From assembly GCA_964514965.1 (NCBI GenBank), contig CAZETV010000001.1:693063-725062 (forward strand): a stretch of 32,000 nt of DNA, given 5' to 3'. The DNA comes from Candidatus Hadarchaeota archaeon (GTDB taxonomy: Archaea > Hadarchaeota > Hadarchaeia > Hadarchaeales > Hadarchaeaceae). The notes below the pieces were generated by a model that was not told the DNA's origin, did no database searches, and worked only from the letters and a program-made list of their open reading frames with translations. Positions within the stretch are counted from its first letter, which is position 1; each line of letters begins with the position of its first letter. Shown in pieces: positions 1-7,064 of the stretch. Position numbers and translations under genes: made by a program.

Positions 1-143
1 TTCCGGACGAACTCGCAGAATAGCGAGGGCGCCTTAGGCCGCGGGGCACTGATTTCCTCGTCTGAAATTTTTATCGCCACGGGACTAGTTGGGAGCTGAA
101 AGAACTTCTTGAACTTTTTTGAAAGCTCCTCTAAACTTTTCAC
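1..143 (-). CDS. partial CDS (N-terminal ~47 codons), DUF169-like protein
   Basis: GTG at 143-141 directly abuts the stop of the upstream SepCysS gene (TAA, 146-144) and reads open to the window edge: VKSLEELSKKFKKFFQLPTSPVAIKISDEEISAPRPKAPSLFCEFVR. The PVAxK...FCE pattern resembles DUF169/COG2043 N-termini, from memory. It is absent from the ORF track because it is truncated. Confidence 0.4.
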   Translation of the reverse strand, partial: MKSLEELSKKFKKFFQLPTSPVAIKISDEEISAPRPKAPSLFCEFVR

Positions 144-1337
144 TTATTCCACCTCAACACCGTAAGCTCGAGCGATTTCGTAAAATGCATCGACGACTTT
201 CTGGAGCTGCTCCTTGGTCAACCCATAAGTGTTGAGCTTCATCATCTTGGTCATCCCCGCGTGAATACCCGCAATTTTCCTTTTCTTGAGTTCCTCATAC
301 AGGAAGAAACCTCTCCGCGGGTGTTTCTTCGCGACTTTGTGGAAGGACGGAGTTTCAAAGGCTACCAATGTATGTTGTCGTGGGCGCTCCCCAAGTTGGT
401 GGAAGTCTTTAATGCGTTCGAACTCCTTGACCAACCACCTAACCTTTTCCACCTCCTCATCCCAACGCTTGACCCGCTCGACCACATGTGGAAAACTCGC
501 CATCAACGTCGCGATGGGGGCACCAAAGACCGGCGGGCACCCAAAAAGGTAGACATCTTTCTTGGTGAAAGCACGACCACTCCATGGCCCCTTAATCGTC
601 GAAGTTCGGAATACCTTTCCCGAGAACTCATAGGTGGTGGCGAGCATTCCAATAGGACCACTCGATGACCACGACTTATGCCCACTACAAACCAAGAAAT
701 CAACCCCCAGTTTCTTCCCATCGACAGGCATCACGCCCGCAGTATAAGCAGCGTTGAGAATGTAGGGCACTCCGTATTCCTTCGCTATCTCCCCTACCCC
801 AGCGGCATCGACGAGGTTCCCGTAACGGTAGTCCACATGCGTGAGCAAAATTGCCGCTGGAAGCTCTCCTGTTTCCCGCTTGACCTCCTCAATCTTCGCC
901 GCGTAATCATCGATTTTTATTTTGAATTCGGGATATCCTCCGTGAGGCACTTCAACTATTTTGAGGCCGTTAACTTCAGCTGCGATATAGGTGGTGTAAT
1001 GCGCAAGCGAGTCAATCACAATTGTATCGCCTGGCTCCGCGATTGACTTGAAGATTGCCTGCTTTGCGCCCCGAGCTCCAGGCGTGAATTGGACTTCATC
1101 CATATTCAAGAACTTTGCAACATCACTTGCAAAATCTAAAATAGGCGGCGTTTTTACTAGGTCTATACGGCTCTCAAGACAGAGGTCGCAGGTGCTGTAT
1201 CCATCGCCGAAGGAAAGCAAAGCCTTTCTGGACTCGGGCGGCAACACACCACCGCGTTGGATGGGATGGACGTTAATCCAACTCTCGTCAACCACCCGGC
1301 GAAGGTTTTTGTATTTATCGACATTTATTTTAACCAT
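144..1337 (-). CDS. pscS: O-phosphoseryl-tRNA:Cys-tRNA synthase (SepCysS), PLP-dependent
   Basis: Fold-type I PLP enzyme with the lysine motif CSGHKS. It has the N-terminal INVHPIQRGG block, the CxxC pair (STCDLC) and a third Cys (LFGCPP) typical of SepCysS. I chose the ATG at 1337 (MVKINVDKY) because GGTGA lies 5-9 nt upstream; the track start at 1358 is less likely. Confidence 0.85.
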   Translation of the reverse strand: MVKINVDKYKNLRRVVDESWINVHPIQRGGVLPPESRKALLSFGDGYSTCDLCLESRIDLVKTPPILDFASDVAKFLNMDEVQFTPGARGAKQAIFKSIAEPGDTIVIDSLAHYTTYIAAEVNGLKIVEVPHGGYPEFKIKIDDYAAKIEEVKRETGELPAAILLTHVDYRYGNLVDAAGVGEIAKEYGVPYILNAAYTAGVMPVDGKKLGVDFLVCSGHKSWSSSGPIGMLATTYEFSGKVFRTSTIKGPWSGRAFTKKDVYLFGCPPVFGAPIATLMASFPHVVERVKRWDEEVEKVRWLVKEFERIKDFHQLGERPRQHTLVAFETPSFHKVAKKHPRRGFFLYEELKKRKIAGIHAGMTKMMKLNTYGLTKEQLQKVVDAFYEIARAYGVEVE

Positions 1338-1413
1338 TAACTCACCTTTGAAAAACATTCACAGGTTATAACCCTAAATAACCTTCTTTATAAATTGGGA
1401 GTAGTTGGTTAAT

Positions 1414-1970
1414 ATGGCCGAAGAACTCACCGATCGATTGCTTCGCCAGCCCCCGACGACCGTGGTAGATTTAGTGATGACCGCGAATGGGCTGAAAACT
1501 GGCTCAGAGATTTTGCGAAATCAACGAGATGAAGAGCTTGAGCGGATTATCAAGGAAATGGGATTAATCTATGAGTGGAAAGACGGGTTCTATCTTGTTG
1601 CTTGCTCGAAGGAAGATATAACCAAGCAGGTACCGACTCGGTCTCGCGCGGACAGTGGTTCGGCATCCCCGAGTGCTATATCCAGAACTATCAGGGAAAA
1701 GACAAGGAGGAGCTTCGAAAGCGGCTCACGCTCGAGGAACTCGAACTCCTCGAACGGAGCGAGGGCGTGCCTGATGAGTTCTACCTCTGATCGATGGGTT
1801 ACATCCCATGCAACATGAGGTGCAAACACACTTTAGATCGTGGGCAAAAAACGCGCGCTGCGCTTGACCAAATTGACTCACGCCTCTGGCAAAAGTTCAG
1901 AAATTTCCACATCCACCGAAGACTCGCAGAGTACGGCGGAGAAATCAGAGTGGCAGAAAGGCGAAAATAG
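1414..1970 (+). pseudogene. disrupted gene for a Cys-motif protein (frame switch near 1620-1650 plus an in-frame TGA at 1788-1790)
   Basis: Frame 1 (ATG 1414) is protein-like up to ...YLVACSKEDITKQ, then degenerates into an S/R-rich tail. Frame 3 becomes protein-like from about 1620 (GQWFGIPECYIQNYQGKDKEELRKRLTLEELELLERSEGVPDEFYL). It stops at TGA 1788-1790 and continues open in the same frame for 59 more codons (SMGYIPCNMRCKHTLDRGQ...AERRK) to TAG 1968-1970. A TATA-like CTTTATAAAT lies at 1386-1395. Confidence 0.45.
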
Positions 1971-2021
1971 AATCTGATATTTTAAATATTCATGCCTCCG
2001 ATATAACAGCGTGATACCGCG

Positions 2022-2999
2022 ATGACAGATAAGATGAAAAAGATTCTGGTCACAGCTGCTTTAGTTCTCTTGATATTAATAGCGGGCGACTCAATAGTAA
2101 AAAACCTGACTAAAAAAGATATGTCACCCGCTACACCCGCCTACCTGCGCGGTTTCGCGTACAACAGCTATGACGACATGACGCAATTTTTAGATCACAT
2201 GAAAGAGGGCAACAGCGTCATGGCTTGGTACGGCGATTGGGACGATGGTGGGCCCGGTGGAGTAGCACGTACGGTCACAGATGACGCAAATCAAAGCAAC
2301 CTCATCCCGCTTGTGATATTCCAGTTCTTCCATCAGGATAACGGTCAACTTCTCCGCCCCCTTGATAACGCAAATAGAACGAACTATAAGGAAATTGCGG
2401 AGAATTACGCATGGGAGCACCATCCGAGATGGTTGGGATTGGGTATAGAGGTTAACATATTGTACGAAAAAAATCCCCAAGATTTCTATGAATTTGTCTC
2501 ATTTTACAACGAGGTCTACGATGCCGTGAAGGCGAAGTCTCCGGAAACAAAAGTTTTCACAGTATTCCAGCTTGAGGCGATTAAAGGTCTTAGCGGTTTG
2601 TCCGGGTCGCACCAGCAGGCGTGGCAACTCATAGATGATTTCAAGCTTGACGCAGTTGGGTTCACGACATACCCTGAGCTGGTGTTTAAGAAACCGAGCG
2701 AAATCCCGGACAACTACTACACAGAGATAGCATTGCACACCAGCAAGCCCATCTTATTTACCGAGATTGCATGGGCGTCCGCGCCGCTGAACACTGCGTG
2801 GGATGCCGATACCACGGCCAGCACACAGGCCGAATTCGTCACGAAGTTCTTTAACTTCACAAGAAGTCTCAACAAAGAACTCGTCGTGTGGCCGTTCATG
2901 CACGACTTGCCCGCCAGCTTTGGTATATTCAAAAAAATGGGGTTAAGAACAGCTAATGACGTGGCCAAGCCCGCGTGGGATGTCTGGGCTAGCTCTTGA
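2022..2999 (+). CDS. membrane-anchored or secreted hypothetical protein, possibly a TIM-barrel glycosidase-like fold
   Basis: 325-aa ORF with an N-terminal hydrophobic anchor (KKILVTAALVLLILIAG). Glu-containing strands GLGIEVN and ILFTEIAW are reminiscent of clan GH-A acid/base and nucleophile positions, but the canonical NE motif is absent. The functional call is weak. Confidence 0.6.
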   Translation: MTDKMKKILVTAALVLLILIAGDSIVKNLTKKDMSPATPAYLRGFAYNSYDDMTQFLDHMKEGNSVMAWYGDWDDGGPGGVARTVTDDANQSNLIPLVIFQFFHQDNGQLLRPLDNANRTNYKEIAENYAWEHHPRWLGLGIEVNILYEKNPQDFYEFVSFYNEVYDAVKAKSPETKVFTVFQLEAIKGLSGLSGSHQQAWQLIDDFKLDAVGFTTYPELVFKKPSEIPDNYYTEIALHTSKPILFTEIAWASAPLNTAWDADTTASTQAEFVTKFFNFTRSLNKELVVWPFMHDLPASFGIFKKMGLRTANDVAKPAWDVWASS

Positions 3000-3142
3000 G
3001 TAGAAGAGCGCTTACCTATCACCTCTAAAAAATGAATAATCGGAGGTCAAGCCCTAGCGCGAGGCGAAATAACCCCGCCAGCGTCAATTTCGCTGCATCG
3101 TGCTGGGGTTCTTTCAGATATAACTGCGAGGAATGATAATCC

Positions 3143-3154
3143 TTTTAAAGTATA
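3143..3154 (+). promoter_or_regulatory. TATA-like box upstream of the thrC-like operon
   Basis: TTTTAAAGTATA lies 33-44 nt upstream of ATG 3187, and a GAGGTG Shine-Dalgarno sits at 3176-3181. Two TAACTAG direct repeats follow at 3153-3159 and 3165-3171. Confidence 0.4.
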
Positions 3155-3186
3155 ACTAGATATTTAACTAGGTTTGAGGTGTTAAA

Positions 3187-4452
3187 ATGGGCAACGTGAC
3201 CGGATTGAGGTGCCGAGAATGCGGCGAGGTTTATCTTAAAAAACTTGTCCACGCCTGCAGTCTGTGCTTCGGCCCACTCGACGTCACCTACGATTATGGG
3301 AAAATTGCCGAGGTAGTGTCGAAAGAATCAATCGCCTGTGGCCCCCCGACCCTTTGGCGCTACCGAGATCTCCTGCCCATCGAGCAATATGCCTCAATAG
3401 TCGACATAGGCGTAGGTTTCACCCCGTTACTGCGAGCCGATAACCTCGCTAGTGAGCTTGGTCTCAAAGAAGTTTACGTGAAGAACGACTCGGTCAATCC
3501 TACCTTCTCTTTCAAGGATCGACCATCAAGCATCGCGGTTTCTAAGGCGATCGAATTCGGCTCTCCCGCAGTGGGTGCTGCTTCGACGGGCAACCTCTCG
3601 GGAGCGATGGCTGCCCATGCTGCTAAAGCTCGCCTGCCATGTTTCATCTTTATCCCCGAGGGCCTAGAAATCTCAAAGGTCGCTCAAACGCTCTCATACG
3701 GCGCCCACATCATCGAAGTCAAGGGCACTTACGACCAAGCGAACCGGCTTGCCACAGAAATAGCCCTTACGAGCAACATCGCCTTCGCAAACATCAATGT
3801 TCGCCCTTACTATGTCGAGGGCTCGAAAACGCTGACGTTCGAAGTCTGTGAACAGTTAGGCTGGAAAGCGCCCGAACACATCATCATACCTGTTGCTTCG
3901 GGAGCTCTTCTTCACGCTGCTTGGCGAGGGCTCAAAGAGCTTGAGGAAGTCGGGCTCATCGATAATTGGAGTACCCGAATCTCCGCAGCACAAGCTGAGG
4001 GCTGTTCTCCAGTAGTTCAAGCTTTACTGAAAGGAGCTAGCGAGATAAAACCCGTCGAGAAGCCAGACACTACTTGCAAATCGCTTGCCATAGGCGACCC
4101 CGCCGATGGGTACTACGCCATCCAAGCCGTACGAGCCACCAAGGGCTCAGGCAGGAATCCTAACGACAAACAGATTCTCGAAGGCGTCAAACTCCTAGCC
4201 AAGACGGAAGGTGTATTCACCGAGCCCGCGGGTGGAACCGTCGTTGCTGCACTCAAACAACTTGTTGAGGACGGCGAGGTTGAGCGCGACGAACAAGTGG
4301 TACTCTACATCACTGGTAACGGGCTGAAGACGCAGGAAAGCATTGCCTCTGCGCTTCCCAAGACTCACCGAATTGAGCCAGCAATCGAAAGTTTTAGGGG
4401 GCTAGTCAACAAACTTCAAACTCCCGGAGTAAAATGGTTGGAGGGGATGTAA
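3187..4452 (+). CDS. thrC: threonine synthase family (ThrC-fold) PLP enzyme with N-terminal Zn-ribbon; context suggests a thiocarboxylate-dependent sulfhydrylase role
   Basis: N-terminal CRECG...CSLCFG ribbon as in archaeal ThrC. PLP-lysine motif NPTFSFKDRP (K110) and an ASTGN loop are present. It is first in a tightly coupled gene string; the next ATG comes 1 nt after its stop. Confidence 0.8.
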   Translation: MGNVTGLRCRECGEVYLKKLVHACSLCFGPLDVTYDYGKIAEVVSKESIACGPPTLWRYRDLLPIEQYASIVDIGVGFTPLLRADNLASELGLKEVYVKNDSVNPTFSFKDRPSSIAVSKAIEFGSPAVGAASTGNLSGAMAAHAAKARLPCFIFIPEGLEISKVAQTLSYGAHIIEVKGTYDQANRLATEIALTSNIAFANINVRPYYVEGSKTLTFEVCEQLGWKAPEHIIIPVASGALLHAAWRGLKELEEVGLIDNWSTRISAAQAEGCSPVVQALLKGASEIKPVEKPDTTCKSLAIGDPADGYYAIQAVRATKGSGRNPNDKQILEGVKLLAKTEGVFTEPAGGTVVAALKQLVEDGEVERDEQVVLYITGNGLKTQESIASALPKTHRIEPAIESFRGLVNKLQTPGVKWLEGM

Positions 4453-4453
4453 A

Positions 4454-5557
4454 ATGGTGAAAGTAAATGTGAAATTTTCGGTGATGTTCAAGGACGCGAC
4501 AGAGACCACTACGACCACTGTGGATATGGCGGGTGAGACGGTAAAGGATCTCATTGACACCCTGATCAAACAGTTTGGACCGCAATTTGGCGAGCGAATA
4601 CTAGATGCGAAGACGGGCGGAGTCTGGAGGTTCGTCAACATCTTCGTTAACGGCAAGGATATCCGGAACCTACAGGGGGTCGACACGAAGCTTGAAGAGG
4701 GGGCCGAGGTGAGATTGATCCCTGCGGTCGCGGGCGGTAGCGAGTTTCTCGGCTTCACTCAGGACCAAATCGTGCGCTACAGCCGACAGATAATTTTGAA
4801 GGAAGTCGGCGGCAAGGGGCAGCGAAAGCTCCTGAACTCGAAGGTATTGGTCGTGGGTGCTGGGGGCCTCGGCTCGCCCGCCTCCCTCTACCTCTCTGCG
4901 GCAGGCGTAGGAAAGATTGGAATCATCGACAGCGACAAAGTCGACCTGAGCAACCTCCAGCGGCAGCTCCTCCACACGAATGACGACATCGACCGACCGA
5001 AAATCGAGTCAGCCAAAGAGAAACTCTTAAAGATAAATCCTGAGATAGAAGTCATCACCTATAATGAGAAGCTTACCACTGATAACGCTTTAAACATCGT
5101 CGGGGAATGGGACTTCGTGCTCGACGGAAGCGACAACTTTCCCACAAAATTTCTCATAAACGACGCCTGTGTGCTTAAAGGTGTTCCACTTTCCCATGGT
5201 GGTGTCCTGCGCTTCACGGGGATGACGACAACTATCCTTCCCGGCAAGGGGGCCTGCTATCGCTGCCTGACGCCCGAAGCTCCCCCTCTTGGGATGATCC
5301 CGACCTGCCAGGAGGCCGGGGTGCTGGGAGCGGTACCAGGCGTGATTGGGACGATCCAAGCCACAGAGACTTTGAAATACCTGCTCGGCGCCGGTAATCT
5401 CCTAGTCGGACGCATCCTCTTCTTCGACGCGCTCGAGATGTGCTTCGAGGAGTTTGAGCTAAAGCGAGACCCCAAGTGCCAAGTCTGTGGAAACCAACCT
5501 ATTATCAAGGATCCATCCCAAGTGGACTACGGCCATGTCTGCGAGGTGCGATTCTGA
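4454..5557 (+). CDS. fusion protein: ThiS/MoaD-like beta-grasp sulfur-carrier domain (aa 1-95, ends AVAGG) plus ThiF/MoeB-type E1 adenylyltransferase
   Basis: The N-terminal 95 aa align with the standalone beta-grasp protein at 8400-8684 and end in GG (codons 4733-4738). The E1 core follows immediately: RYSRQIIL, VLVVGAGGLGSP, SNLQRQ, the active-site region PTCQEAGVLG, and Zn-site CxxC pairs CYRC and CQVC. There is no rhodanese domain. Confidence 0.85.
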   Translation: MVKVNVKFSVMFKDATETTTTTVDMAGETVKDLIDTLIKQFGPQFGERILDAKTGGVWRFVNIFVNGKDIRNLQGVDTKLEEGAEVRLIPAVAGGSEFLGFTQDQIVRYSRQIILKEVGGKGQRKLLNSKVLVVGAGGLGSPASLYLSAAGVGKIGIIDSDKVDLSNLQRQLLHTNDDIDRPKIESAKEKLLKINPEIEVITYNEKLTTDNALNIVGEWDFVLDGSDNFPTKFLINDACVLKGVPLSHGGVLRFTGMTTTILPGKGACYRCLTPEAPPLGMIPTCQEAGVLGAVPGVIGTIQATETLKYLLGAGNLLVGRILFFDALEMCFEEFELKRDPKCQVCGNQPIIKDPSQVDYGHVCEVRF

Positions 5558-5796
5558 TGGTTGAACACAAGGTCAACCAAAAAATCGACATTCGTGGTGA
5601 TGTCTGCCCCTACACCTTCGTCAAGTCCAAGCTCGCCCTTGAGGGTCTCAAGAGCGGTCAAGTATTGGAGGTAATCGTCGACCACACTCCCGCGACCGAG
5701 AATGTGCCACGTAGCATGGAGGCCGAGGGACACAATGTGCTCGAGGTCGCAAAGATAGGCGAGCACGAGTGGCGAATTGTTATCCAGAAGGCCTAG
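5557..5796 (+). CDS. tusA: TusA/SirA-family sulfurtransferase
   Basis: 79 aa with the motif IDIRGDVCPYTFVKSK (the conserved Cys-Pro of TusA). ATG 5557 shares its A with the E1 stop TGA 5555-5557. The track extension back to 5476 overlaps the E1 C-terminus in another frame and is not credible. Confidence 0.8.
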   Translation: MVEHKVNQKIDIRGDVCPYTFVKSKLALEGLKSGQVLEVIVDHTPATENVPRSMEAEGHNVLEVAKIGEHEWRIVIQKA

Positions 5797-6209
5797 TGGG
5801 TCTCGATTTCCAGCTCTTCAACTTTGCTTTTTTTCAAAATGTATGCTTTTCGTTCTAAAACCCGGTCCTTCACCACGCTCAAAATCAGCCACGCTACCTC
5901 CGGCCATAAATTCATTATCTCTGCATCACGCGCACTCACATAAGCATGAATGTTAGGGTGGGAGTGGTATATCCCAACAAGCTCGAACCCACTCCGCTCC
6001 GCGCGGTCGACCGCCTTAAACACGAATTCAGGATCTGCCTCGAACGCAACGGGGGATCCGAGCACGTTCTCTGCTTCGACGGCTTCCTCGACCTCAATTA
6101 CGTCCTCGCTGGACTTGCCGAAAATCAGACCACAGCACTCGTAGGGGAAATTCTTCAGCGTGTGGGCCTCGATCGCCTTTAGGTCCTTGGGTTTTAGCTT
6201 GAGCTTCAT
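5793..6209 (-). CDS. JAMM/MPN+ metallopeptidase (Mec+/QbsD/HcyD-like)
   Basis: Complete JAMM signature: an upstream Glu (PYECCGLIFG) and GIYHSHPNIHAYVSARD (HxHx7Sx2D). The ATG at 6209 (MKLKLK) follows a G-rich SD; the track TTG start at 6221 is an alternative. Its stop overlaps the tusA stop on the palindrome CTAG at 5793-5796. Confidence 0.85.
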   Translation of the reverse strand: MKLKLKPKDLKAIEAHTLKNFPYECCGLIFGKSSEDVIEVEEAVEAENVLGSPVAFEADPEFVFKAVDRAERSGFELVGIYHSHPNIHAYVSARDAEIMNLWPEVAWLILSVVKDRVLERKAYILKKSKVEELEIETH

Positions 6210-6377
6210 CCGCCCCCCCAACTAACTCACAGTCTTGCTAAAAATAGCTCGTTTTGAGTTATTCAGATGACGTCTACTAGACCTGCTCCCGCCATAAATA
6301 TCTCAAAGGAACCATCAGATTTTGTAAGTTTTGGTTTACACGCCTCGCGGTTTAAGGGAACGTTTGTTCTACTAAGC

Positions 6378-6986
6378 CTAACCTAGCGGATTTCTGAGAT
6401 ACCTCAATAGGTACTCCTGACCTGATGCTCTCAACCTTTTCCCGATTAACTTCTTTAACTCGGGAACGCACTCGCCAGTCTTGGCTGAAATCGGGACCAA
6501 AATGTCGAGCCACTGACGCCATGGAAAAGACATGCCAAGCTTCTCGCAAATGTTATCGAACACTTCATCGCGCTCCTCAGGGTAAATGAGATCGATCTTG
6601 TTCGCGACAACGATTGGACGGAGTTCAAGTTCCTGCAAAAACTGAAACATCTCAACGTCTACGGGTATCTGGCCCCGCCGTTCCCACCGTTCTACAATCT
6701 CGCCGAAAGCACGGGCATCGAGCACCTCAAGTGCAAAAATAATCCTTCGCCTATTTCGCTCCAAGTAGCGCACAATACTCGTCTTTATTCCTTCCTGCCT
6801 TTCGCGACTGACGCCCACCATAAAACCAAAGCCCGGCATGTCAACCAGCTCAACCTCACCGTACCGATAACGGTAAGGTCTACGCGTCACCCCGGGCCGC
6901 TTGCCCACTCGAACCCGCTTTCCCGTGAGCTGCCGAATTACGCTCGACTTCCCGACGTTCGAGCGGCCGACTAACACAATCTCCAT
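6378..6986 (-). CDS. engB: GTP-binding protein EngB/YsxC family
   Basis: G1 GRSNVGKSS, G3 DMPGFG, G4 NKID and G5 SAK, in a size typical of archaeal EngB. Confidence 0.8.
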   Translation of the reverse strand: MEIVLVGRSNVGKSSVIRQLTGKRVRVGKRPGVTRRPYRYRYGEVELVDMPGFGFMVGVSRERQEGIKTSIVRYLERNRRRIIFALEVLDARAFGEIVERWERRGQIPVDVEMFQFLQELELRPIVVANKIDLIYPEERDEVFDNICEKLGMSFPWRQWLDILVPISAKTGECVPELKKLIGKRLRASGQEYLLRYLRNPLG

Positions 6987-7028
6987 CTTTACCCAATTAC
7001 CACTATGACCACTAAACTATAGCAATTT

Positions 7029-7048
7029 ATATGAATGTATATTCATAT
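7029..7048. promoter_or_regulatory. perfect 8-4-8 palindrome ATATGAAT-GTAT-ATTCATAT overlapping the acr3 TATA region; probable ArsR operator
   Basis: Read directly from the sequence. It lies 17 nt upstream of the preferred acr3 ATG (7065) and overlaps the TTTATAT TATA-like element at 7026-7032. An ArsR gene is co-transcribed downstream. Confidence 0.55.
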
Positions 7049-7064
7049 CTTAGCAGATGAAAAT

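Noticed and set aside
1788-1790. In-frame TGA read as selenocysteine or another recoding event.
   Set aside because: The TGA is not at a Cys-equivalent redox position (context FYL-TGA-SMG), I saw no obvious stem-loop immediately downstream, and TGA terminates several solid genes in this window. With a separate frame switch 150 nt upstream, decay or an assembly error is more parsimonious.
5476-5556. N-terminal extension of the TusA ORF (track start 5476).
   Set aside because: The extension overlaps the conserved Zn-binding C-terminus of the E1 in another frame. The TGATG junction at 5555-5559 gives a canonical coupled start, and the TusA domain is complete from 5557.
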